Shown: positions 1 through 11,249 of the stretch, one piece after another
Layout of the letters: each line of letters starts with the position of its first letter
Numbering within the stretch: the first letter of the stretch is position 1
From: an uncultured archaeon
GTDB lineage: Archaea > Asgardarchaeota > Heimdallarchaeia > Heimdallarchaeales > Heimdallarchaeaceae
Assembly (NCBI GenBank): GCA_964534625.1
Contig: CAZHRF010000009.1
Coordinates: forward strand, 1 to 64,000
Length of the DNA: 64,000 bases
Direction: 5' to 3'
Made by a program: the position numbers and the translations under genes
Notes under the pieces: generated by a model
Told to the model about the DNA's origin: nothing
What the model saw: only the letters and a program-made list of their open reading frames with translations
The model's database searches: none

Positions 1-83
1 TTCAACCCACAACTACACACAAACACGCCGACCCGTATGTCTTCGTTTTTTTCTGTTTCTGCTGGTTTTGTTTCAGTTGTCAT
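1..83 (-). CDS. hdrA: Heterodisulfide reductase subunit A-like protein, 5' end (runs off window)
   Basis: Not in ORF track. The minus strand reads MTTETKPAETEKNEDIRVGVFVCSCGL, matching the HdrA N-terminal RIGV(F/Y)VCxCG motif. Its ATG overlaps the TGA of the upstream polyferredoxin (ATGA coupling). Confidence 0.8.
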   Translation of the reverse strand, partial: MTTETKPAETEKNEDIRVGVFVCSCGL

Positions 84-1006
84 TTTATGTTCCCCGTATA
101 TTCTTCTAGTTCTGGTATTTTATTCACAAAGTCGCGTATTTTCTTCATTGATTTTGCATTTTCATCAACATTTATCTTCTCTTCGCCTAATAGTTTTCCA
201 ACAACCGATGTCCAAGCAGCTGAAAAACCAGTATTTTGGTCAACCAATATTCTATTTCGTTTAATCGTGATAGCATCTTCTGGACATGCTGTTGCACACG
301 CTCCACATAGCACACATACTTCCGTATCAATTCGTACGTGTTTTCCATCTCTTTCTATAACATTTATTGGACAGGACCATACACACTCTTCACATCGCTC
401 AGGACACTTTTCTTCATTAACGACAAGATTTCCCGTAAACAATCTTTTGATGGGTGTTTCATTAATTTCTTTTAACTCTGGTAAAATAGGTAAACTTTGA
501 TAGGTTTCGAGTAAAATATCTGCCTCATCATCAACAAAAATGTTTAAGCAACCAGAGGGACAGAAAGGAACACAAAGACCACACAGAACACATTTATCAT
601 GGTGAACTTCGATCTTGGGTTCAGTACCACGTGTTCCTCGTTCAACGCTTACTGCATCTTTCGGACATACAGTATGAGAAACATCACAACGAAAACATAT
701 TTCTTTATCAAGAATTAACCGTACACTATTTACATATAATTTTTTATTGATTTGGATTTCATTTGATTCTTTTTTTTGAGTTGTGTTTTGTAAATAATTG
801 TATCTCTCTTTTACTCGGTTGGTTGCATTCTCGACGTATTTAATCTTGGAAAGCTGACGTGCAAGTTTTTTGTCTTTAATGGTATCCGAAATAAATGTTA
901 AGATTGTTTCTTTTTGAGAAGAAAAACCCTTATCATTTAAGTTTTCTAACTTATTAAGGAGTTCTTTATATAGTTCTTCATTAAAACTCAATGGTAAAAA
1001 CCTCAT
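80..1006 (-). CDS. Polyferredoxin (FwdF/MvhB-like 4Fe-4S protein) with N-terminal helical extension
   Basis: Four ferredoxin-type Cys motifs (CFRCDVSHTVCP, CVLCGLCVPFCP, CPERCEECVWSCP, CVLCGACATACP); coupled to hdrA. Confidence 0.8.
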   Translation of the reverse strand: MRFLPLSFNEELYKELLNKLENLNDKGFSSQKETILTFISDTIKDKKLARQLSKIKYVENATNRVKERYNYLQNTTQKKESNEIQINKKLYVNSVRLILDKEICFRCDVSHTVCPKDAVSVERGTRGTEPKIEVHHDKCVLCGLCVPFCPSGCLNIFVDDEADILLETYQSLPILPELKEINETPIKRLFTGNLVVNEEKCPERCEECVWSCPINVIERDGKHVRIDTEVCVLCGACATACPEDAITIKRNRILVDQNTGFSAAWTSVVGKLLGEEKINVDENAKSMKKIRDFVNKIPELEEYTGNIK

Positions 1007-1526
1007 TTTTATAGTATTTAAATTGTTTTTTTACGAATTTAAACATAATATTGCTCATTTAAGTAAATAAATTACTTGGTGTAAATTGCAAATTACACTT
1101 TCGTTGAACTGCAATGTTACAATTAATAAGTATTACTCTATGAATTTCTAATACAAAAAAGACCCCCGTATCCTTTTGTAAAACTAATATTAACTAATTT
1201 TTAGTCTTTAAAATTTTGCGTTTAAAACTTTGAAAGAGCCGTTTTTCTCATCTTTTCACCTTATTTATTACGGAATTATACACGCACTCATTATTTTAAT
1301 GTTTATCCGTTTTAATTAAATCTAGTTGTTCTTTTTTTCCTTCATTTTTCTTCCTTATTCGTTAGTATTTCCGAATTAACGTAAAAATCAAAGACTTTAT
1401 CGGTTTTCAACTCATGTTTGCCTATTAAATTGCTGAAATCATAGCTGCAGAACATTATTTTGGAAGTACTATTCGTTAGATAAATAATTATATACTATTA
1501 CTTATATCAGTTCAACTGATAACTAT

Positions 1527-2063
1527 ATGGATGAAATTGAATTAAAAGGATACTTTTTACCTAGTGAATTAGATAGATGTCAAGAAGTAATCTGTTCTAT
1601 CAAGAAACAAATTTCTAAAAACTGGATCCATGTACAGATTGAGGATACGTTTTATGATTTGAATAATCAATTAAGAACTAAAGGTATAACACTTCGTCAT
1701 AGGGCAATCGGTGATGAGCATTATTTGACCTACAAAGGTTCAATAGACAAATCAACAGGATATAAAATTAGAGATGAAGTTGAACTGCAAGTTTTAAATA
1801 ATGGCGATTTAATTAAAGAATTTTTAATTAAATTAGGTTACACAATTTATCAAGTGATTACCAAAGTTCGAGAATATGCTAGGTATAACCATGTTTTGAT
1901 AACGATCGATTATTTTCCTGAGATGGGTACAATCATTGAATTGGAGGGTTCTAAGACTAAAATAGAAGAAACGATTCACTCTTTACATCTTTGTCGAAAA
2001 CGTTTTCAACCCTTGTCTTATAATGATGTAAGGCAAATTTATGCGCACTCTAAGTCTATTTGA
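1527..2063 (+). CDS. cyaB: CYTH-domain protein / class IV adenylate cyclase
   Basis: N-terminal EIELK, plus LRHR, LTYKG, RDEVE, KVRE and IELEG motifs typical of CYTH triphosphate-tunnel enzymes. Confidence 0.85.
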   Translation: MDEIELKGYFLPSELDRCQEVICSIKKQISKNWIHVQIEDTFYDLNNQLRTKGITLRHRAIGDEHYLTYKGSIDKSTGYKIRDEVELQVLNNGDLIKEFLIKLGYTIYQVITKVREYARYNHVLITIDYFPEMGTIIELEGSKTKIEETIHSLHLCRKRFQPLSYNDVRQIYAHSKSI

Positions 2064-2155
2064 ATTATAACCCGCCTTGAAAAAATTACCTTCGACTAAA
2101 AATTAATTAACCAGTAGTTTATTATTCATATAACAACTCTTAAGAGGTTTTTTCT

Positions 2156-3979
2156 TTGAAAGCAATAATTCATATTGATGAAACGTTGAATATAAAGGCT
2201 GATGCAAAGGGAATTGTTTCCTCAACTGAATCAAATGGTAAAGTTAGTATTAAAAATCCTTCAAAACAAACAACTATGTGGGGGATTGATCTTAAAGCAG
2301 AATTGGAATCTGATGTCTTAGATTTTCAAGATGAAACTGTTGAATATATTCAAGCTGAGAATGAATATGTGAAAGCGTATAATACTGACGTAAAACCCCA
2401 AATAGTTATTGATGAAAAAGTTGATACAAATTATGATGGTGATAAAATCAATCCTAACAATAAGGATCTAGTTTTTGACACCGATCAAAGTTTGGCTTTC
2501 CAGATTACATTAACTAATAACTATAATTTTGACTTAAAAAATTTAAAAGTTGAGAAATATTTCCCTAATGACATAAGTGAAATACGAGCTATTGATCCCT
2601 ATTCCGGAGAAGTAACTATTCTACCTGAAGATTCGTTGGCTGTTTGGAAGCTCAATGAATTAAAAGCAGGAAAGGCTGCAACATTAATAATTAGTGTCAA
2701 AAGCCATCCTACGGAGGTACAACCGTATAATACTGGTAAAATAATATTTACTTGTGAAGCTTCTAATAAACTTAGTAGTTTATCACCGGAAATTCATGGT
2801 GAGGCAGATAATATTGACTTGGGAATTGAGGTTTCTGAATCAAATGTTCCAAATCAATGGAATATTAACTTTGGATTGAGAAACAATAGCGAATTCGAGA
2901 TATATCTAGAAAATGTTAAAATTGAGGTTGATGGAGAAGACAGATATAATGAAAAACCAGAAACTGAACTTGATGCTAACATTGACGAGACGGTTTGGAA
3001 CAAAACCATAGTCGTTGAAAGTAATCAGTATCCAGAGGTAACCAAATCTTTTCGCTATTTTGTCATGTATGATATTCCAGAATATTCTCGTATTAACTAT
3101 AAAAAAGATAATGATCTTATTTATGTAACAAAAGTTGGCGTTACAAAAGCATATGAACCTCCAAATGTAAGAACACATGCAGTAGCTGATCTGGTTGGTA
3201 CAATAGACATAACTAATACTGGAACCAGTAATATTGGAAGAATAGAAATTGATGATACGATTCCGCCATATGTTGAAATAGAAAAGATCTTTTCAGAATC
3301 CCCTGAGCAGAATATTGAAATTCATTGTAAACAACTCTATCAAGAGGATGATAAAAAACAAGTTGAAGAAGAAAGAGAAAAAGCGACATTTGAACGTCTA
3401 GAAGAAGGCGAAGATGAAGAAGAAGTTACAACTGAAGAAATAGTTGAATGCGAAGATGTTACAAAATCACGTCTGTATAATTACGTTATTGAAAATATTA
3501 ACATCGAACCTGGACAATTGCTAAAAATTAAAACTGCAGGAATAGCCAACAAACCTAAAAAAGACGGAGAACATCCGGGTCCTGCAAAAATTAGAGCATA
3601 CGCCCCAAATCCCACAATACCTTATGAGACAAAAGCTAAAATGGATGGTAAGGAACCTTTCTTATTCGTTGAATTTAAACAGAGATCGTTTTCAGTAACA
3701 TCAGTATTTAAGAAAATAAGTCCTGGTGAGACAGAAATATCTATTCCTGTTAAAAATACGGGAGACGTACCTCTAGATAATGTCCTGGTAACACAACCAA
3801 TATTCAATGCGGAATATTCAAGTCATATACCTCCAACAGTTGATGTAAAAGTGGAAAATAGCCAAGCAAAATGTCATATAAAGAGGATAAATGTTGGTGA
3901 AAAAGTAGAAATTGTTCTTACTGTAAGATCTGATGGTCCTCTACGTCAACAACAAGCAACTATCAAAATAGAAGATTAG
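2156..3979 (+). CDS. Acidic beta-sandwich repeat protein (DUF11-like / mu-homology-like), function unknown
   Basis: TTG start with GAGG upstream; repeated 'I.ITNxG..L.NV.V.D.(I/F)P' Ig-like motifs; acidic insert; no signal peptide or TM segment. Confidence 0.55.
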   Translation: MKAIIHIDETLNIKADAKGIVSSTESNGKVSIKNPSKQTTMWGIDLKAELESDVLDFQDETVEYIQAENEYVKAYNTDVKPQIVIDEKVDTNYDGDKINPNNKDLVFDTDQSLAFQITLTNNYNFDLKNLKVEKYFPNDISEIRAIDPYSGEVTILPEDSLAVWKLNELKAGKAATLIISVKSHPTEVQPYNTGKIIFTCEASNKLSSLSPEIHGEADNIDLGIEVSESNVPNQWNINFGLRNNSEFEIYLENVKIEVDGEDRYNEKPETELDANIDETVWNKTIVVESNQYPEVTKSFRYFVMYDIPEYSRINYKKDNDLIYVTKVGVTKAYEPPNVRTHAVADLVGTIDITNTGTSNIGRIEIDDTIPPYVEIEKIFSESPEQNIEIHCKQLYQEDDKKQVEEEREKATFERLEEGEDEEEVTTEEIVECEDVTKSRLYNYVIENINIEPGQLLKIKTAGIANKPKKDGEHPGPAKIRAYAPNPTIPYETKAKMDGKEPFLFVEFKQRSFSVTSVFKKISPGETEISIPVKNTGDVPLDNVLVTQPIFNAEYSSHIPPTVDVKVENSQAKCHIKRINVGEKVEIVLTVRSDGPLRQQQATIKIED

Positions 3980-4000
3980 TTTTTCTATTTTTTTTTTTTA
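3980..4000 (+). terminator. Oligo-T archaeal terminator
   Basis: TTTTTCTATTTTTTTTTTTT directly after the stop codon. Confidence 0.5.
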
Positions 4001-4132
4001 CTTTCCATCAAATATCTATCATACCGCATCATAGACCAAACCGGTTCTAATTTTAGAGTAGCAAATTTTTGGGTACTAAAAGTATAATTTAATTAACAAT
4101 AAACTAGACATTAAATTAGAGAGAAGACCATA

Positions 4133-5122
4133 ATGGATAAAGAAGATAATATGAATAATTTTGGTGAGAGAGCATTTCTTTCAACCATTTCAGATCTCGT
4201 AGATAGTACCTTGCTTGAATTTAATGAAGATGCTTCTGTTTTTGAACTACCTGATAGTCAATTACTTGTAATAAATGCGGATATGCTTGTTAATGACACA
4301 GATGTTTTACCCAACATGAGTTATAAAGATGTAGGAAAAAAGGCAGTAGTGATGGCAGTAAGTGATATTGTCAGTAAAGGTGCAAAACCTGCTTTTGCTT
4401 TATCTAGTATTGGTTTTCCAAAACACTTGGAAATTACTTGTGGTCAATCAATTATAAAAGGTTTTAGAGATAAATGTCACCAATACAATATGTTATTTCT
4501 CGGTGGTGATTTAAATGAAAGTTGTGATATAATTATTGATTCAATTGCCATTGGATTCTGTCAAAAACATCAGTTACTGTCACGAAGGGGAATTTGTGAC
4601 GGAGATGTGCTCTATACCTCACCAAAATACGGTTTAACTACGTTGGGTTTTAAAATTCTTCTAGAACAAATGTGTTCTGTTCCTGAGTATTTAAAAAAAT
4701 TAGCATTAACTGCAGTATATCAACCAGAAGCAAGGCTTGATTTATTATCTTATTTGTGTCAATTACCAATAAGGGCTTCCATGGACTGTTCTGATGGATT
4801 ATATAGAAGTTTGAAAGATTTAACGGAAATTAATCACTTAGGTTTCAAACTAACAAATCTTCCTTTAGCACCTGAGATCAAGACGACAGATATAAATGAC
4901 CTAAACCCATTATCTCTCGCTTTAAATGGTGGTGAAGAGTTTGAATTGTTATTAGCAGTACCTGAGAGACAAAAAACCCTTTGTGATAAACTGATAAACA
5001 GGTACAAATTAGATCTAACTAATATTGGTATGTTTTCTAAGGCCGTTGAATCAATAATTATTGAGGATCCAAATTATTCTTCTTATGATTTTGAAGCGAC
5101 AGGATTCAATCATTTTTCGTGA
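4133..5122 (+). CDS. thiL: Thiamine-monophosphate kinase
   Basis: GE..F, EDASV, DMLV, SDIVSKGAKP, LGGD, DCSDGL, GGEEFEL, GFNHF motifs. Confidence 0.92.
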   Translation: MDKEDNMNNFGERAFLSTISDLVDSTLLEFNEDASVFELPDSQLLVINADMLVNDTDVLPNMSYKDVGKKAVVMAVSDIVSKGAKPAFALSSIGFPKHLEITCGQSIIKGFRDKCHQYNMLFLGGDLNESCDIIIDSIAIGFCQKHQLLSRRGICDGDVLYTSPKYGLTTLGFKILLEQMCSVPEYLKKLALTAVYQPEARLDLLSYLCQLPIRASMDCSDGLYRSLKDLTEINHLGFKLTNLPLAPEIKTTDINDLNPLSLALNGGEEFELLLAVPERQKTLCDKLINRYKLDLTNIGMFSKAVESIIIEDPNYSSYDFEATGFNHFS

Positions 5123-5180
5123 ATTGATCTATTAAAAAGAATACTTAATAAATCAAGTTACAAAGTATAACTGAACAAAT

Positions 5181-6437
5181 ATGTCCAGCATAAATGATGT
5201 TAAAAGCAGAGAAGTAATAGACTCTAGAGGAAACCCTACTGTAGAGGTTGAAATTTTTACGAAAAGTGGCAACTTTGGGAGAGCTATAGTCCCTTCTGGT
5301 GCTTCAACAGGTGAGCATGAAGCATTAGAATTAAGGGATAAAGACAAATCTCGTTTTAGAGGAAAAGGAGTATTAAAGGCAATAAATAACATAAGAGAAC
5401 ATATTGCTCCAAATATAATGGGAATGGATGTTACAGATCAAGAAGCAATTGACAATTTAATGTTAGACTTGGATGCAACAGAGAACAAATCAAAACTAGG
5501 CGCAAATGCCATGTTAGGGGTGTCAATGGCGGTTTGTAAGACTGCTGCGGATTTCTTAAATGTACCCCTTTTTAAATATCTGAACAAGGATGCCTATATT
5601 ATCCCCGTTCCAATGTTTAATGTTATAAATGGTGGAGAACACGCAGGAGGAAAATTAAGAATTCAAGAATTTATGTTGATACCTCATGGTTTTCAAAATT
5701 ACAAACAAGCTTTGAGAGCTGGTTGTGAAATCTATCATTATTTGAAAGATAATCTAAAACAGTTTGGTCCTTCAGCAACAAATGTTGGTGATGAAGGGGG
5801 TTTTGGTAGTCCTGTTGATACATCGGTTGAAGCTTTGGATATTTTAGTACAATCTATCGAAAATGCTGGTTATAAACCAAATAAAGAAATATCTATTGGT
5901 TTAGATGCTGCTGCGTCTGAGTTTTTCAAGGATAAGTTGTATCATTTAGATGGAAAAAATCTTACTGGTTCTGAACTTGTAGACTTTTATGTGCACTTAG
6001 TAGAAAAATATCCCATCATTTCCATTGAAGACCCTTTTTATGAAAATGATTTTGACTCTTTCTCTGAATTATTATCCGAACTACCAAAACTGTCTATTGT
6101 TGCTGATGATCTTACTGTTACTAATCCAAAGAGAATAAAGATGGCTATAGAAAATAAAGCAGCGAATTACTTACTGCTCAAAGTTAATCAAATTGGTACT
6201 TTGACAGAAGCCATGAATGCAGCGAAACTAGCAAGAAAAAATGAGTGGGGAATCAATGTTTCCCATAGAAGTGGAGAAACAGAAGATACGTTTATAGCTG
6301 ATCTATCTGTTGCTTTAAGTGCAGAACGAATTAAAACCGGTGCTCCTGCAAGGGGAGAGAGAACAGCTAAATATAATCAATTGTTAAGAATTGAAGAACA
6401 ACTTGGTGAAAAAGCAGAATACAGAGGAAATAAGTAA
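5181..6437 (+). CDS. eno: Enolase
   Basis: REVIDSRGNPTVEVE, VPSGASTG, GDEGGF, KVNQIGT, SHRSGETED, KYNQLLRIEE. Confidence 0.99.
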   Translation: MSSINDVKSREVIDSRGNPTVEVEIFTKSGNFGRAIVPSGASTGEHEALELRDKDKSRFRGKGVLKAINNIREHIAPNIMGMDVTDQEAIDNLMLDLDATENKSKLGANAMLGVSMAVCKTAADFLNVPLFKYLNKDAYIIPVPMFNVINGGEHAGGKLRIQEFMLIPHGFQNYKQALRAGCEIYHYLKDNLKQFGPSATNVGDEGGFGSPVDTSVEALDILVQSIENAGYKPNKEISIGLDAAASEFFKDKLYHLDGKNLTGSELVDFYVHLVEKYPIISIEDPFYENDFDSFSELLSELPKLSIVADDLTVTNPKRIKMAIENKAANYLLLKVNQIGTLTEAMNAAKLARKNEWGINVSHRSGETEDTFIADLSVALSAERIKTGAPARGERTAKYNQLLRIEEQLGEKAEYRGNK

Positions 6438-6569
6438 CTCAGTTTTTGTTCTTTTATCTTTTTTTCATGAACTTCAAAGTTCATCTCAGTTGTCATTTTC
6501 TCCTTATGCTAACCATACTTAGCTGATCATATTTTTGTTAGGTAAGAGAACTCTAAGGTTCATGTTTTT

Positions 6570-6983
6570 TTAGAATTTATAATTCACAACATAACCTTCA
6601 GATTCTAAGTAATCTTTATAATTTGTAAGTATAGTTTTTCTAATTTTTGAACTTAGTTCTTGTTCGGGTTGTTCAATTATTATATCACCTAAGGCAGCAA
6701 TAAACAATCCTATTATTTGATCAAAAGCCTTCATTCTGTCATCCGCATGCATAAAACGGAATGAATTGATTGGTTTAACGGTCATTTTTTCCCATTCTCG
6801 AGCTGATACAACAAGAACGGTATGAATAATCTGGTTGTTTATGCCATCAATTGATTCTAAAATAACTTTTTCAAGAGTATCCAATACTTCTGTCTTACTT
6901 TTATCAAATATAATCTTACGTAATGAAATCTTGAGCGAGTTAACTTTAGTTTCATCAAGAGTAAAATTAACTTGCACTTTCAT
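6570..6983 (-). CDS. Hypothetical protein
   Basis: 137-aa ORF with genome-typical composition; no recognised motif. Confidence 0.6.
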   Translation of the reverse strand: MKVQVNFTLDETKVNSLKISLRKIIFDKSKTEVLDTLEKVILESIDGINNQIIHTVLVVSAREWEKMTVKPINSFRFMHADDRMKAFDQIIGLFIAALGDIIIEQPEQELSSKIRKTILTNYKDYLESEGYVVNYKF

Positions 6984-7114
6984 TATTTACACATAGTCAT
7001 GTACTTTATTAAAGTTGTCTCAATGGGTATTCTTACTTAAGAAAATCGCTGGTATGTCTCATTCATCATGATTCCCAAAGTGTTTATTGCCTCTGATCGC
7101 TCGCCAAGGGCTCG

Positions 7115-7163
7115 ACTTGTGAAAAATACATATTTTCACAAGTTCATAGGGAAGCGTTATATA
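7115..7163 (+). promoter_or_regulatory. 11-bp inverted repeat followed by a TATA box
   Basis: ACTTGTGAAAA-N7-TTTTCACAAGT at 7115-7143, then TTATATA at ~7157-7163, about 25 nt before ATG 7186. Confidence 0.5.
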
Positions 7164-7170
7164 GGCAGCC

Positions 7171-8109
<939 letters not shown>

Positions 8110-8171
8110 TAAAAGAAGCCAAAAATCAAAAGATTTAAAATAAAAATTACGCGAGTTAGAAACGGTTAATA

Positions 8172-8591
8172 ATGTCAACAAGAGCAGAAAGATTCAGATA
8201 TCGAGGACATTCATTAGAAGAGCTACAAGACTTATCAATTGATGAAGTAGCTCAGTTATTACCTGCAAGAAGAAGAAGGAATTTAATGCGTGCAGGTTTT
8301 TGGACACATAGACGTAAAATTGTTCTCGAAAAATTAAGAAGATCTGCAGAAGCAGCAAAAGAAGGAGAAAGAATCGTTGTAAAAACACATGAAAGATCAT
8401 TTCCGGTTATTCCAGAAGTGATAGGAGCTTTCGTTGCTGTTCATAATGGTAGTGTATTTACAGAGTTCAAAATAATACCTGATATGTTAGGTCATACCAT
8501 AGGCGAATTTGCTCCAAGTACTAAAATTGTTAGACATGGGGCTCCAGGTATTGGTGCAACTCGTTCATCTCTATATGTACCTTTGAAATGA
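8172..8591 (+). CDS. rps19p: 30S ribosomal protein uS19 (S19P/S15e)
   Basis: FRYRG.SLEEL, VKTH.R, HNG, GHTIGEFA, GIGATRSSLYVPLK. Confidence 0.97.
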   Translation: MSTRAERFRYRGHSLEELQDLSIDEVAQLLPARRRRNLMRAGFWTHRRKIVLEKLRRSAEAAKEGERIVVKTHERSFPVIPEVIGAFVAVHNGSVFTEFKIIPDMLGHTIGEFAPSTKIVRHGAPGIGATRSSLYVPLK

Positions 8592-8696
8592 TTAAAAAAA
8601 ATTCTTTTGATTTTTTTACATTCAAACTATTTTCACCTGTTTTTTCTTAATCTATTTTAAAAAATAAATCTGAGCATAATTTTAAAAGCAAGTTCT

Positions 8697-9095
8697 ATGT
8701 TAAGATATTTAATTATGAACCCTCCAAAAGAAGATGACTTATTAGAGCATCCCAGAGAATCAAAAGCTTTCAAAAGACTAGAACAAAAACTAGGCGTGGA
8801 TACGCTCTGGTTGTGGATATTAAAACTTCTAAAAGAAGAACCTAGATATGCTTATGAGTTAAAGGATTTACTGGATGAACGATTCAATCTGTCTCCAGCG
8901 ACTGTAACAATATATACCGTATTATACTTATTGGAACGAGAAAATATTGTTGAAAGAGTAGAACAATCCGGACCTGGAATAAGAATTGACAGAAAATATT
9001 ATGGAGTTACAGACTTAGGAAATAGGATTTATCAAGAAGCAGGAAAATACCTAATTGAAATTCAACAAAAACTCTTTTTAGAAGCTGATGAATAA
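8697..9095 (+). CDS. PadR-family transcriptional regulator
   Basis: LWLWILKLL.EEPRYAYEL, TIYTVLYLLE, RKYYGVTDLG. Confidence 0.9.
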   Translation: MLRYLIMNPPKEDDLLEHPRESKAFKRLEQKLGVDTLWLWILKLLKEEPRYAYELKDLLDERFNLSPATVTIYTVLYLLERENIVERVEQSGPGIRIDRKYYGVTDLGNRIYQEAGKYLIEIQQKLFLEADE

Positions 9096-9212
9096 TCTTA
9101 TTAGCTTTTCTAAATAGACCGATTTTTTTCTAACTTCTAAATAAGCAAGTCAATTGTAAATACATTTAAAAATATATACTGAAACCTTTTCCTATATGAA
9201 GGTGATAAGTTA

Positions 9213-9491
9213 ATGCCTAAGAAAAGAAAGTCAGGGGGAAGAACCAAAGGAAAGCGTGGACAAGCTAAAATGGTTCAATGTTCGGCATGTGGAAGCATGG
9301 TTCCCCGAGACAAGGCAAAGAAATATACGACTTTTTCAAGTGGTATAGATTATAGATTGGCACAAGAAATCAAAGCAGATGGTGGATATATACCAAGAAA
9401 GAAAAAAGTAGCCTATTATTGCATATCCTGTGCAATTCATAAAGGCAAAGTAAATATACGTAGCAAAAATAAAAGAAGAAGAAAGAGATAA
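9213..9491 (+). CDS. rps26e: 30S ribosomal protein eS26
   Basis: MPKKRKSGGR, VQCSACG..VPRDKAKK, YCISCAIH zinc motif. Confidence 0.96.
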   Translation: MPKKRKSGGRTKGKRGQAKMVQCSACGSMVPRDKAKKYTTFSSGIDYRLAQEIKADGGYIPRKKKVAYYCISCAIHKGKVNIRSKNKRRRKR

Positions 9492-9513
9492 GTTTATTTA
9501 ATCTATTCATCTG

Positions 9514-10443
9514 TTATCTTACTCTTTTATCTTTATTTCTCTCTATTTTTTTATTATTAAGCAATTCAGCTATCGCTTTTGGGGTAGATCTGATATCAAT
9601 GGATGTGTCTTTTTCATTAAAATACAACTTCGTCTGAGAATCTATTGTAAATTTGGCAAGAGATGATAAGTTCAGAAGAGGTTGAAGGTTGATTTTTTGA
9701 AATTTATTATCATCTAGTGTTAATTGAGATAATTTAGAGCAATGTTGGAGTGGATTCAGATCTATGGTACTTAATTTGTTGTTTCCTAAGAAAAGATACA
9801 TTAAGTGTTTTGTTTTACTTAGTGAAGATAAATCTATCTGTCTCAAACTATTACCATATAAAGAAAGTGTTTTAAGATTAATACATCCTTTCAGTGGTTT
9901 CAAATTGATTGTTTTAAAACAGTTCTGATTAAGTGATAATAATTGTAATTTTTTAAGATCACCTAGTGGTTCTAAATTAATGTTTGAAAGACTATTTTCG
10001 CCTATTGAAAGTTTTTCCAATCCATGGCACTCTTTTAATGGTTTAAGCTGTATTCTTGTTATTTTATTTTGATTTAAAGAGAATACTTTCAAATTTCTAC
10101 AAGTCTTTAGAGGATCTAGGTCTATTTTTTCTATCTCGTTATTAAATAAGCCAAGGACCGCTATTTTTGAGTTTCTTAAAGGATTTAAATCCACTTTACG
10201 AATTTTGTTTCCTCCTAAATGTAAGTGTTTTAATTTCTTACAATTAGAAAGTGGATCAAGTTCAATATTCTCTAGCTGATTGTGAAGGAGATATAAACGC
10301 TCTAAACTGGTACACTCCTGTAAATTTGATAAATTAATATATTTTATATTTTTGTTATTTATCGTTATTACTTTAACAGTATGTTTGAATGTAAGTAATT
10401 GTTCATTTCCTCTTGCATCAACTGTTTCAATAGTTGTTTTCAT
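9514..10443 (-). CDS. Leucine-rich repeat protein (22-aa repeats)
   Basis: About 10-11 repeats of L..L.L..N.L..IDL.PL..C.. Confidence 0.92.
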   Translation of the reverse strand: MKTTIETVDARGNEQLLTFKHTVKVITINNKNIKYINLSNLQECTSLERLYLLHNQLENIELDPLSNCKKLKHLHLGGNKIRKVDLNPLRNSKIAVLGLFNNEIEKIDLDPLKTCRNLKVFSLNQNKITRIQLKPLKECHGLEKLSIGENSLSNINLEPLGDLKKLQLLSLNQNCFKTINLKPLKGCINLKTLSLYGNSLRQIDLSSLSKTKHLMYLFLGNNKLSTIDLNPLQHCSKLSQLTLDDNKFQKINLQPLLNLSSLAKFTIDSQTKLYFNEKDTSIDIRSTPKAIAELLNNKKIERNKDKRVR

Positions 10444-10521
10444 AGTTTTCTTTGTCTCTTAAAATATCAGTAATAATAAGACTTTTTTTCTTTTTCACTA
10501 AGTCTAAAATAGTGTCAAGTA

Positions 10522-11097
10522 ATGTCAATTGAAATTGCTTTTATAATTGTTACACCCACAGTGAGAACAACAGCAATACGTGGTTTGAAAGAATATTCTA
10601 GTGGGAAAGAACGAATAGATGTCATATCTAGGTGCCTCCTGAATTTAAGTAGATGGAAAAAAAGATTAGATGCACGTTTTGTCTTATATTTTTATCTTTC
10701 TAATCCAGAAGAGCTACAAACCCTTTTGATACCACTCTATAAACTAAACCAGAATTTAAAAAGTGAGGCTGAATCATTAAAGTATTTGTTAGATATAATA
10801 GAAACGGATAAAACAGAATATTTGAGGAAAGAGTCTTTTCTAAACTTGGTATCAGAAAAAGCACAGAATTCACACATTTATTATCTAGATCCTCGTGGAA
10901 AAGAAATGGAATATGAGTGTTTTTCTTTGAATGAGCAGGATTTATGTTTTATTTTAGGAAGTCAAGAAGATCTCTCCAAAGAACAAGAGAAAATTGTAGA
11001 CAACGTTTCATTTAACAAATTAAGTTTGGGAAAAAAAGAGTACCTAGCTTCACATGTAATTACAGTTGTATGTCATCTTTTATCAAAGCATCATTAA
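10522..11097 (+). CDS. trmY: tRNA (pseudouridine54-N1)-methyltransferase-like SPOUT protein
   Basis: RIDVISRCL, YYLDPRG, FILGSQEDL, SLG...YLASHVIT. Confidence 0.8.
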   Translation: MSIEIAFIIVTPTVRTTAIRGLKEYSSGKERIDVISRCLLNLSRWKKRLDARFVLYFYLSNPEELQTLLIPLYKLNQNLKSEAESLKYLLDIIETDKTEYLRKESFLNLVSEKAQNSHIYYLDPRGKEMEYECFSLNEQDLCFILGSQEDLSKEQEKIVDNVSFNKLSLGKKEYLASHVITVVCHLLSKHH

Positions 11098-11105
11098 CTG
11101 GATAA

Positions 11106-11249
11106 TTAGTATATACTCATTTTTTTATTCTCGTGAATTGCTTTAAGTGAATCTGATATCTGTCTTAGATATAAATCAATTTTTTCTTCATCTTGTATGA
11201 TCTTATATTCTAAAATTGTTAATTCCTCTTTCATATTTTTTCTACTCAT
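11106..11249 (-). CDS. Small hypothetical protein (47 aa)
   Basis: Below the ORF-track cutoff: MSRKNMKEELTILEYKIIQDEEKIDLYLRQISDSLKAIHENKKMSIY; AAGGTAA SD-like sequence upstream. Confidence 0.45.
   Translation of the reverse strand: MSRKNMKEELTILEYKIIQDEEKIDLYLRQISDSLKAIHENKKMSIY

Noticed and set aside
7089-7166. SECIS-like reading of the hairpin on the minus strand (ATGA...GA)
   Set aside because: The GA quartet is out of register and no selenoprotein with an in-frame TGA is nearby; an operator next to the TATA box is simpler.
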